A DNA stretch of 60,546 bases. Origin: a virus (Duplodnaviria > Caudoviricetes). This document shows positions 44,627 through 52,989 of this stretch, piece by piece; position 1 is the stretch's first letter, and each line of letters begins with the position of its first letter. The stretch is from positions 1 through 60,546 of the IMG/VR virus record IMGVR_UViG_3300028024_000009; one strand, given 5' to 3'. The position numbers were made by a program, and so were the translations under genes. Below the pieces are notes generated by a model. It made no database searches, was not told the DNA's origin, and was given only the letters and a program-made list of their open reading frames with translations.

Positions 44627-45572
44627 CACGAACCTCGAAGTGCGTCTTGCGAACGAAGTCGGCGTCGAGGCCGCGCAGCTCCGCATGACAGAGTTTATAG
44701 AATTCGCAATCCCACGAGCAATTCTTCGTCAGGTTGCGTGCTTTGAGATTTAATCCGTACTCGTCGATCAGGATGGCCGTCTCGCGAGCGTCATCGACTA
44801 CGGATTTTACCATCTCCGGGGAGGGTGTTGGCAATCTGATTCGCTGAAAAAAATCGGTCGTCCCGCGCCTTTTCAGATCAACCAGAAACCCCTGATAAGG
44901 CTTCGGATCCAGCCGGAGCCGGGAGATCTCCGCGAGGTAAGTATGATAATCCGTAGCGATACTCTTGGCCTGGGAGAGTCCTCCATTCTTAAGCTGATCG
45001 GGGATCGTCGGAGGCTTGCTGCGGATATAATCCCATAACACACCGTCGAGGTCGGCTTTGGGCTTGCGCTGATTCTCGGCCCAGTAGTATAGCACGAGCT
45101 GAATATCGGAGAATCGATCCTTTTCCTCTGGGATGGATTTGCACGTCTTGTGATCCATCAGCCAACGCCGGCCCTCGGGATCGATTGCGATCTTATCGAT
45201 GATATAAATCAGCTCGATTTTCTTCTTGACGAGCACGACTCGGAACTCCTCCTCGCTGCGCTCGTATTTCAGCTTATCATCCTTGTAGGTCCGCTTGTAC
45301 GCTTCGAAGATACGCTCGATCTCCGAAATGAAATCGTCGCCATACTCCTCACGCTGCTCCCTGAATAGCTGTTTGTATTGCTTGGCGTATTTGACTGTAA
45401 CGTTGAAGGGATCCTTGTGATCCACCATCGCGTCGATCATCTCGTGGATGATCGTTCCTTTCAGCAGCGGGGCCGGCTTCGCTTTGACCGCGAGGCGCTG
45501 ATTGTAGCGGTAATCGTGCTTCTTGAAGCACCGGCGGAACGTCTTGATCCTTGAATGTGATACACTGATCAT
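44598..45572 (-). CDS. PD-(D/E)XK exonuclease (RecB/Cas4-like)
   Basis: 'SHS.I..F.RC', 'G...H', 'ID', 'DHKT', 'QL..Y' and C-terminal 'C.W.C.F..LC'. Confidence 0.88.
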   Translation of the reverse strand: MISVSHSRIKTFRRCFKKHDYRYNQRLAVKAKPAPLLKGTIIHEMIDAMVDHKDPFNVTVKYAKQYKQLFREQREEYGDDFISEIERIFEAYKRTYKDDKLKYERSEEEFRVVLVKKKIELIYIIDKIAIDPEGRRWLMDHKTCKSIPEEKDRFSDIQLVLYYWAENQRKPKADLDGVLWDYIRSKPPTIPDQLKNGGLSQAKSIATDYHTYLAEISRLRLDPKPYQGFLVDLKRRGTTDFFQRIRLPTPSPEMVKSVVDDARETAILIDEYGLNLKARNLTKNCSWDCEFYKLCHAELRGLDADFVRKTHFEVRDENRKEKVE

Positions 45573-48094
45573 AATGTTATTGCCTTTCCGGCACCCCAGG
45601 GGCCGATTTCGAGTTCCGCGACGAGCGGGATGGATAAATCGATTTTGAAGTCGTCGAAGAGAGCCGGTCTCTCCATGATACGCTTGACACGCCGGAGGGA
45701 AGGCAGCATTGAAGGCCCTTTGCGGACGATCATCAAGATAGCATCGTGGTGCTCACCAACAACCTTCAGGTCGGTATGCGGGACAGTCTCGTGGATTTCT
45801 ACCATCGCCATAGCCTTGATGTCCCCAATAACCCCCTGGACCGGAGAGTTTATTGCCTGCCGCTCGCACTCGCTCCGTAGCATACGATCCGAGGAGGCGA
45901 TCCCAGGCAGCCGACGTACCCGACCGCTCAAGCTCCTCACGAAACCATCCAAAGCTACAAGCTTTTTCTGCTTCTCGTGCCACGGGTGGAGCCCTCGATA
46001 GAGCGCGAAATACGCGCGCTTGAATTCGGCTGCTTCTTCGAACGTCGGCTCGAACCCGTACTTGGTCTTGCACGTTTGGATGAACTTGTTTTCGAACATC
46101 CCGTAGAGGAATCCGAAGTTGATAGCTTTGGCCCGCTTGCGCGCTTCCTTCCAGATCTTGTCGATTTCGATGCAGGCATCGTGTCCAGCCCTTCGAAGAA
46201 CTTCAATCGCTTCCGCGAGTCGAATACCAGCTCGTCCAGCGAGACGTCCTGCAGTGACAAGAGCCGGTTCGAGGTATGTGTCGGATGCTCCCGACTCGAT
46301 GGTGTGGAGGAGAGTGGACCAGTGGACATCAGGTCCGCCAGGAGAGAAGCAGCGACGTAGCTCGAGATCTCCAGACAACTCTGCAGCGATCCGAAGCTCT
46401 GCCTGAGAGAAATCCCCCTGGAGGAATTCCCATCCGGGCGGGGCAATCGCAAGATTGCGGATCTTGCCGTCTCGAGGGACTGAATGCAATCTCGAAGAGT
46501 ATCGACCCGTAACTGTGCCGTGGATTTTGTACGAGATGTAGAGCTTGTCATCGACCATTAACTCCTCGAAGCCCTCGATGTAGGTCGAGTGGAACTTCGC
46601 GCATTCTCGATATTTCAGCAACGCGTCGACGACCGGATGTTTCCCTTTGAGGGCGAGCAAGCTCTCCTCCGAGGTCGAGGGGGCTCCTTTCGCGGTAAGC
46701 ATCGCGGGCTTTAACCCCGCTTCCTTGAATAACACCTTAGCGACTTGCGGAGGCGAGTTCCAATTCGTTGTGCGGTGGATCCCCCGCCGGTCTTTGCGCA
46801 GATCGCGAACAGCGTTATTCAGGGATCGCTCGAGGTCGTCTCGCTCAGCGGCAATTTCGATTCCGGTTTGTTTGAACTTTGGGACATCGATTGTAAGGCC
46901 ATGCTCTTCAATTCCCAGTAGCTCGGCTGTTCCTCCAAGTGCTCGAGAGGCACGCATCTGCAGCTTGTAGAAAAGCTTTCGAAGATCGGGTTCCTTCGCA
47001 AACATCTCGTGGAAAACATGTTTGAGTCTCAGGGTGTATACGGCGTCCCGTCCGGTATAGTCGAAGAAGCGCGGTAGATCTGTGGGCCACTGCTTCTCGC
47101 GGAGGGGAATATCATACTTGGGGGCTTCGAGGTAGTAGTGGCTGAGATACTCCAAGTCCTGGGGCGTATTCTCGTTAAGCACGTGGTGTGCCAACATGGT
47201 GTCGAACCGAAGGTCAAATCGCACTCCGAGTTTGGCCCAAAGAAAATGGTTGTCGAATTTTCCATTGTGTGCGATCCCCGATTTACCTTTGGCGAGGAGC
47301 ATCAGCAGCTTCCCCATCCGCCGCTGAGCGTCCGGTCGAAGCAGATATGGACTCTTCTGCATCTGCATGGGAATGATCCATGCCTTATCGTCGAGTCCGA
47401 TGTTGATAGAGGTAATAGTCGAGCTAGGTTTGAACCAATGCAGAGACGACGTCTCGAGGTCGAACGAGAACTCCTCTACCGCTAGGAACTCGTCGACGAA
47501 ACGCCGAATTGTCTTCGCAGTAACAAGCTCCCATTCGACCTCGACACGCTTCTCGCGCCCCTCGAGCGCATCTTTGAGCCTCCGAAGAGCTTTACGGAAG
47601 TCCGGCAGCTTGCTTGGGTCCCGGCCGACGTACGCGGGGTGGAAAGCCGGGACACCCTTAAAGGCTAGGGGCTGCCAGCGCTTGGGGGCCTCGAGCACTT
47701 GCCCGTTGACCTGCGTGATTTTCGCATTCCCTAAGACTTCTTTCGTCGCAGGCTTGCCGAGGGTGAGTACAAACCGAGGCTTAATCGTCGCAAGCTCCTC
47801 CTCCAGATACGGCCGGCATGCCTTAATTTCTTCCGGAGTAGGATCCCGATTATCAGGAGGACGACACTTGACAATGTTCGTAATATAGACATCGTCGAGG
47901 TCCGCGTTCTTGAGTTCTCCTCGTAGCAGCTGACCACTACGGCCCATGAAAGGTCGTCCAGTTTTCGCTTCAGCCTGTCCCGGCGCTTCTCCGATTGCAA
48001 CCACGCTCGCAGTAGTGGGCCCGTCACCCCATACGCAGACATTGACAGCTCCTTTCCACAACCCGCAGTTGCGGCAATCCTTATTACGGGGCAT
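45569..48094 (-). CDS. polA: Family A DNA polymerase with N-terminal uracil-DNA-glycosylase (family 4) domain and 3'-5' exonuclease
   Basis: UDG 'C..C.L', 'GEAPG', 'KCRPP.NR.P', 'HPAY'; exo 'FDLET', 'HNGKFD'; pol 'DFSQAELR', 'R..AKAINFG.LYG', 'HDA'. Confidence 0.95.
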   Translation of the reverse strand: MPRNKDCRNCGLWKGAVNVCVWGDGPTTASVVAIGEAPGQAEAKTGRPFMGRSGQLLRGELKNADLDDVYITNIVKCRPPDNRDPTPEEIKACRPYLEEELATIKPRFVLTLGKPATKEVLGNAKITQVNGQVLEAPKRWQPLAFKGVPAFHPAYVGRDPSKLPDFRKALRRLKDALEGREKRVEVEWELVTAKTIRRFVDEFLAVEEFSFDLETSSLHWFKPSSTITSINIGLDDKAWIIPMQMQKSPYLLRPDAQRRMGKLLMLLAKGKSGIAHNGKFDNHFLWAKLGVRFDLRFDTMLAHHVLNENTPQDLEYLSHYYLEAPKYDIPLREKQWPTDLPRFFDYTGRDAVYTLRLKHVFHEMFAKEPDLRKLFYKLQMRASRALGGTAELLGIEEHGLTIDVPKFKQTGIEIAAERDDLERSLNNAVRDLRKDRRGIHRTTNWNSPPQVAKVLFKEAGLKPAMLTAKGAPSTSEESLLALKGKHPVVDALLKYRECAKFHSTYIEGFEELMVDDKLYISYKIHGTVTGRYSSRLHSVPRDGKIRNLAIAPPGWEFLQGDFSQAELRIAAELSGDLELRRCFSPGGPDVHWSTLLHTIESGASDTYLEPALVTAGRLAGRAGIRLAEAIEVLRRAGHDACIEIDKIWKEARKRAKAINFGFLYGMFENKFIQTCKTKYGFEPTFEEAAEFKRAYFALYRGLHPWHEKQKKLVALDGFVRSLSGRVRRLPGIASSDRMLRSECERQAINSPVQGVIGDIKAMAMVEIHETVPHTDLKVVGEHHDAILMIVRKGPSMLPSLRRVKRIMERPALFDDFKIDLSIPLVAELEIGPWGAGKAITL

Positions 48095-48500
48095 AGTTTC
48101 TCACTTGGACTCCGGCGTGATAAAGCATTCTCAGCGGATCCTTATCGCGATATTCCCGCAGATATAAGAACCGAATGATCCCCGCGTTGATGATCGCTTC
48201 CGCGCATGTCTTACAGGGAGAATCGGTGCAATACATATCTGCGCCTTCGGTTGCGATGCCATGACGAGCGGCGAAGTAGATCGCGTTTGCTTCGGCATGG
48301 ACCGTAGCATAGCAAGGTTTGTCGGGGCCGCATGTATCCGGAGTGCAATGCTCGAATCCGGTCGGGCTTCCATTGTAGCCTGTCGCGATGATTCGACCAT
48401 TCCGAGCGAGGACGGCCCCGACGTTCAGCCGGAGACACGTAGAGCGCTTCGCGGCCAGCTTTGCGGCGTCCATCAAGTACTCGTCTCGGGTGATTCTCAT
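48084..48500 (-). CDS. dCMP deaminase
   Basis: 'RSTC.R..VGA', 'TGYNG', 'HAEANA' and 'PCKTC'. Confidence 0.92.
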   Translation of the reverse strand: MRITRDEYLMDAAKLAAKRSTCLRLNVGAVLARNGRIIATGYNGSPTGFEHCTPDTCGPDKPCYATVHAEANAIYFAARHGIATEGADMYCTDSPCKTCAEAIINAGIIRFLYLREYRDKDPLRMLYHAGVQVRNYAP

Positions 48501-49066
48501 TTGCTGAACACCTTTTGCAATTTGGGAAACAGCTTCTCGTTCGAGTTCCCCTTCAATGCGAAGATATGCGCTCGGGCTGCGAGGATCGTCAATCGGCGCC
48601 ACTCGAGATCGAGGCTGTTTCCGAGCCGCTCGATGAGCACGAGGTCATATCCGAATCCGCCGATAAGCTCGAGTGATCGGTACATGAGTGTGAGATCGGC
48701 TCGGGCCCCGTCGGAAAGGAGTGATATTGATCCCCCCACGAGGCAGAAGTCCCCTCGCTCCCCGTGGTATCCATGGCCCGATTTCGCAGCTCCGAACCGT
48801 ATTGAGGAATCTTTCTCGCGGCTAATTCTCTGCCCCACTCGCGAGAGTTCCTCGGGGATGAAATAGTTGGTGCAGCGATTGGTCGCTCTCTTCTCCGAAA
48901 TAGTCGAGATATCCAGCGCATATTTATCCTCCCATTGTTGAATCTGAATGACGACCGGTGAGTAGACGGCGGAACGATACTCAGGAACCATGATCTTCCA
49001 TGCTTGAGCAACGTCCCGCGCCTCGAGCAGAAACGGCTTAGGCATTTGATACCGGCTGATGTCCAT
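48497..49066 (-). CDS. Divergent thymidylate-synthase-fold protein
   Basis: 'FCL' Cys followed by 'YRSLELIGGFGYDL', matching the TS RS(D/E)...N/D region. Confidence 0.55.
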   Translation of the reverse strand: MDISRYQMPKPFLLEARDVAQAWKIMVPEYRSAVYSPVVIQIQQWEDKYALDISTISEKRATNRCTNYFIPEELSRVGQRISREKDSSIRFGAAKSGHGYHGERGDFCLVGGSISLLSDGARADLTLMYRSLELIGGFGYDLVLIERLGNSLDLEWRRLTILAARAHIFALKGNSNEKLFPKLQKVFSK

Positions 49067-49634
49067 CCAGATAGGTCTTCATCCCCCGTAAATTTCGAAG
49101 AATGATCTGGCAGCGGCGGGCCTGCCTAATGCAGTCGCTCAGGGGGTTATGAGCCTCGAACCCCTCGAATTTCTCACCGGAGTAATCGATACCGAGCTGA
49201 TCGGCGAGTCGGGAGAGGGTTGTCAGATCTCGTCCCATCCGCCAATCCCACGGCAACGACAATCCCTGATCTCGGTACCACGTCTTCAGGATAGAGAGAT
49301 CGAACGTATTCGGACCGGCCCAGACCCAATGACCGCCGTCGGCCTCAGGAGCGAAGGAAGCCATCCATCTGAGGATTTCCCCGGAGACTTGGGTCTCTCG
49401 TGCCGTACCGGACCAAACCTGCCAGGCGAGATCGGGGGATTTCGTGATCTGTTCGTTCCACCAATCGAGAGTCGAAGTATCGCGGCGACCTGAAGCAAAG
49501 CGAGGGTCGATCAGCCAGATCTTCTGTTGGCGAATGTTATCGAGGTCGAACTCGACCGCACCGATGGCGATGATAGCCGCATCGTTCTCGGTCGAAAGGG
49601 TCTCGAGATCGATCATCACGTGTTTGTTATGCAT
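49038..49634 (-). CDS. DEDDh 3'-5' exonuclease (Rv2179c/ExoVIII-like)
   Basis: 'MIDLETL', 'IGAV.F', 'T..WW..Q', 'FD..IL' and 'HN.L.D'. Confidence 0.88.
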   Translation of the reverse strand: MHNKHVMIDLETLSTENDAAIIAIGAVEFDLDNIRQQKIWLIDPRFASGRRDTSTLDWWNEQITKSPDLAWQVWSGTARETQVSGEILRWMASFAPEADGGHWVWAGPNTFDLSILKTWYRDQGLSLPWDWRMGRDLTTLSRLADQLGIDYSGEKFEGFEAHNPLSDCIRQARRCQIILRNLRGMKTYLDGHQPVSNA

Positions 49635-50478
49635 GTTTTTCCTTCAGCTGTTGGTAATCGTTGACGAACATGTGGAGACTTCCGATATTCATCTTGAAGA
49701 GCCCTGGCTTTACGTCCCCCCACTTATGGTCCATTCCGCGCAACCTTTCGAGTACCCATAGCAGGAGTCTGACCGTGAAATAGCAATCGTCTCGGAAGTG
49801 GCGGACAAAATCGCACGAGCGGATGCTGTATTCAACGTGGAGATAATCATGTCGCAGGAGGAAATGATAACCGAGGGAGCACGGTAGGCGACCGCCGTGG
49901 ACGGCACCCGTGTCTTCGGGGAACCATACTGGAAGATACGCTTGTCGTGTAAGAGGTTCTCGACGCAGGAGTTCCACGACATCACTGAGGTCTCCATAAG
50001 GATAGCGAATTCCGTGGTTCCCGTATGCAGCCGCCATGCAGTTGGCATCGCACGAGGATTCGGGGCCACAAGAACCTTCGTGGCTTGGCTCGGGGCGTCC
50101 GGCATGCTTCGGCCAGAATCGCTCCTGGTAAGTGTGGGTGAACTTTCCTCCCTCCGTTCGATGAGCGTCCGCAGCGTTCCCCCAAGGCCAGATCTTCCAA
50201 GCTTCCCCAGGATTGCTTGGTACTCCCGAAACCCGCTCGGCAAAGTGAACATCCGCGAAAGGTAAGTTTGGTCGAATATCATTCTGCCAATGCTCCAGCG
50301 CTTCGAGTCCCCGCAACGGGATCGAAAATGAGTAATGGAGAAGTTCTCGCATTCTCGCCTCGGGCTTGCGCGAGATATCCACCCCCTGCCATTTCTCCGT
50401 GTGCACCTCGTGGGCCTGCTCGAGGAAAAACTTCTCGAGCCGCTTGCACACCTCAGTGAACGAGACGACGATGCTCAT
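49627..50478 (-). CDS. Thymidylate synthase homologue, predicted dCMP-specific (methyl/hydroxymethyl-transferase-like)
   Basis: 'TRQA', catalytic 'PC', 'RSCD.......D' and 'IGSLH.F'. Confidence 0.85.
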   Translation of the reverse strand: MSIVVSFTEVCKRLEKFFLEQAHEVHTEKWQGVDISRKPEARMRELLHYSFSIPLRGLEALEHWQNDIRPNLPFADVHFAERVSGVPSNPGEAWKIWPWGNAADAHRTEGGKFTHTYQERFWPKHAGRPEPSHEGSCGPESSCDANCMAAAYGNHGIRYPYGDLSDVVELLRREPLTRQAYLPVWFPEDTGAVHGGRLPCSLGYHFLLRHDYLHVEYSIRSCDFVRHFRDDCYFTVRLLLWVLERLRGMDHKWGDVKPGLFKMNIGSLHMFVNDYQQLKEKHA

Positions 50479-50864
50479 GCGTATCTCGGAATCACGGTGA
50501 GATCGTCCCACATTCCATCGGAACCGACGAGGTCGCTGTACTTGTACACCATCTTGCCATTCATCTGCGCCCAGACGATTTCCCGGCGCGTCGACTCCCC
50601 GATGTACGGAACCTCATTGTGCGTCACCGGATCCTCGACCGTACCGACGACCACGATGGCATCGGAATTAAGGATCTTGGCGAGATGGACGAGATCGAGA
50701 TTTTCCTTCGTGATCCGATCCATTTTGATCCCGGGGGTCGCGGCTGATTCGTCCTCCTTCGCCCAAGAAACCGTATAGACAACGTGGCCCGCTTGCGAAA
50801 GCCTCGTATTTGCTTCCTGGTATTCTTGTTTGAAGCGGGTCGAACCGCACAGAGTAATTCTCAT
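50475..50864 (-). CDS. Nucleoside 2-deoxyribosyltransferase-like protein
   Basis: 'ITLCGS.RF', 'H..KI..SDAI.V' and 'YIG.ST..EI..A...GK.V'. Confidence 0.75.
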   Translation of the reverse strand: MRITLCGSTRFKQEYQEANTRLSQAGHVVYTVSWAKEDESAATPGIKMDRITKENLDLVHLAKILNSDAIVVVGTVEDPVTHNEVPYIGESTRREIVWAQMNGKMVYKYSDLVGSDGMWDDLTVIPRYA

Positions 50865-51031
50865 GGTATCCTCTCGTTTTCTCTGAAGGCGTCGATCACG
50901 TCGCGGACTGCTCGCTCGTAGTCGCGCCGGACTTCTGGGTAATCGTCATCAACGATGGGCGTGAATTCGATTCGTCGGTATTGTTTGGCTAGCTCGGCGA
51001 CCTTATCGAATTCATTCTTCTGCGTCTGCAT
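50861..51031 (-). CDS. Small hypothetical protein
   Basis: 'TPIVDDDYPE.R..YE.A'; coupled to the next gene. Confidence 0.55.
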   Translation of the reverse strand: MQTQKNEFDKVAELAKQYRRIEFTPIVDDDYPEVRRDYERAVRDVIDAFRENERIP

Positions 51032-51830
51032 CTTGTCTTTTGCCACGGGGGATATACTCGCCTTTTTGGTGGTGGATTTTGGCCCAATCGAGGGGTCCGA
51101 ATCGCTTGTGCTCTTTGATAAGATATTCCCGGATGCGCTTGAATTGCTTCGGGGGAATATGGGACCATGCAAATCGATGCGCGACGTTCTCGGGGGAGTA
51201 CGGGAAGAATTGATCCTTCTCCATCGAACTCCGGAGAAAAAATCGCGTGGCATGCTTGAAAAACTCGAGATCTGATTCGAAGACATCAGCTAGAAGATCG
51301 AGCGGATCATCAGCGAAGGTAACGAGATAGGGCAAATATACGCCACTCAAGTAGCAGTTAGCGAATCGAAAAGTCACCGTCTGTGGATCAACTCCAAGCT
51401 GCTCGAATACCCATGGCAAGAAAACGAGATCTCCGCCGAACTTTAGTGTGAGTTCGGTCGAACGGTACTGCACTTCAACTCGTTCCTCTTTCTTCGTGCG
51501 CGTAACGACCACGGAGAGGATGCAATGACCCATCGAGCGATTGCCCTTCGACGCTCCACGCATGGAGCACGCCACGGAAGTGAAGCTCTGATCTTTACGA
51601 CGGTCGAGGACGGCACGAACCCGGGCAAGCTCTTCTTCGTTGACATAATTTCGCACCAGCTGCTTGAATTTGTTCTTACCGTACCCGAGATCAGAGAACG
51701 TGACAGGCGTCTCCGTAATCGAGTTCGACATCTCCCAAGTCATTCCGTTGATGATCTTCCTTACCCCCTGATATGCGATGGGTTTTGCGTCGAGAGCTTT
51801 CCGTGCAATCTGGATGAGAGGGTGGCTCAT
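51012..51830 (-). CDS. Divergent thymidylate-synthase-fold protein
   Basis: 'HCI' Cys followed by 'YRSTELTLKFGGDL'; also similar to the 48497 gene ('NY...EEL.RV'). Confidence 0.55.
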   Translation of the reverse strand: MSHPLIQIARKALDAKPIAYQGVRKIINGMTWEMSNSITETPVTFSDLGYGKNKFKQLVRNYVNEEELARVRAVLDRRKDQSFTSVACSMRGASKGNRSMGHCILSVVVTRTKKEERVEVQYRSTELTLKFGGDLVFLPWVFEQLGVDPQTVTFRFANCYLSGVYLPYLVTFADDPLDLLADVFESDLEFFKHATRFFLRSSMEKDQFFPYSPENVAHRFAWSHIPPKQFKRIREYLIKEHKRFGPLDWAKIHHQKGEYIPRGKRQDADAEE

Positions 51831-52327
51831 ACGAGTCTGAAGCAATCGTCGCACTGGCACCCTTGGGGATGGGATTTCGAGGGTTTGCGGAACCCGTGCA
51901 CCACTTGGAATTCCCTGATCACACCATCGATATCCGGGGGTCGCCAGCCCTCGGGCTTTACGACCTCGAGCCCGGTCGTATTGCGAGGTTTGATCGGATC
52001 GCCCTCCTTCCATGGACGCTTCGTCATGTTTGCCCGGTGAACCTCTTCCCAAATAGCGTTGAAGGGGATTCCCATGTAGTGAGCAGTCCCGAGCACGATG
52101 TAGATGATATCTACGAGCGCATCGGAGACTCCCGCGAGATCTCCCCGACCTTGTGCGATCAGGAACTCCTTGATCTCCTCGAACAGGAAGCTCATGCGGT
52201 AATCGAGATCTTTGTCCTCGAGGAGCGCGGGGGGTCGGACGGCCCGATGATCCCGACAGCACCACTCGGCCGACAGAGGAAGCTTCATGCGCTCGTGGAA
52301 CGCGCCGACGTCATCGAAGTAGCTCAC
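51827..52327 (-). CDS. All-alpha NTP pyrophosphohydrolase (PRA-PH/MazG-like)
   Basis: 'V..FH', 'EE..E', 'DALVD..Y...G', 'VH.ANM.K' and 'KP.GW..P'. Confidence 0.88.
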   Translation of the reverse strand: MSYFDDVGAFHERMKLPLSAEWCCRDHRAVRPPALLEDKDLDYRMSFLFEEIKEFLIAQGRGDLAGVSDALVDIIYIVLGTAHYMGIPFNAIWEEVHRANMTKRPWKEGDPIKPRNTTGLEVVKPEGWRPPDIDGVIREFQVVHGFRKPSKSHPQGCQCDDCFRLV

Positions 52328-52863
52328 GTGTTGATCCCCCCAAAGAAGATATCCGCCAATGGACGAGTCTCAGTTGTGTAATCGTAGAGGTATACCGGAA
52401 CTCCAGATGCGCGTATTTTCACCATCGTCTGATCATAGGAATCGAGGAGATCGAGAATTTTTTCCTTAACCCCCGCGAGCTGAGGTTTATTATCGACATT
52501 CGCTATGATCGTATCGTCCGACGGACGACAGTAGATTACGCGCTCGACGGCTCGGAATAGCTCATCGAGTCGATCCTCCTCCTTCTTGAACTGCTGAGAT
52601 TCCTCGAAGAGATGTCCTCCACGAAGCAACGACCCGTAGATCGGCTCGCTTATCAAGGGGTGTCGGTCGGCGATGACGTCGAGACCGGCATGGTACGAGG
52701 TGAAGTTGGCAGCGCGCATGAACTGCGTTGCGTGGTGGAGAGCTAGAGGGCGGCACGAATGCCGGATGATTACGAAGTAGCGCTTGGGGATTTGGATCCG
52801 AGCATTCTCGAGGAGCGTAGATTTTCCACTAGCGTCTACGCCTTCGACTACGATAAGCGACAT
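52324..52863 (-). CDS. P-loop nucleoside monophosphate kinase
   Basis: 'EGVDASGKST', 'DRH..ISE.IY' and 'IYC.P'. Confidence 0.85.
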   Translation of the reverse strand: MSLIVVEGVDASGKSTLLENARIQIPKRYFVIIRHSCRPLALHHATQFMRAANFTSYHAGLDVIADRHPLISEPIYGSLLRGGHLFEESQQFKKEEDRLDELFRAVERVIYCRPSDDTIIANVDNKPQLAGVKEKILDLLDSYDQTMVKIRASGVPVYLYDYTTETRPLADIFFGGINT

Positions 52864-52989
52864 TGGACAACCCTCCGGGCGACTGTTTATTTTTGACGAC
52901 GAGTTGCGCATGCTAAGCCCGTGTTTGCCACTTGTAAATTTTTCTAATCACCGTCAGAAAAATGGCGCTCCGAAGAGCGCCGAAGAATT

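Noticed and set aside
44598-45572. CRISPR-Cas (Cas4) system
   Set aside because: No array or other cas genes; context with the Sak4-like ATPase and SSB indicates a recombination exonuclease.
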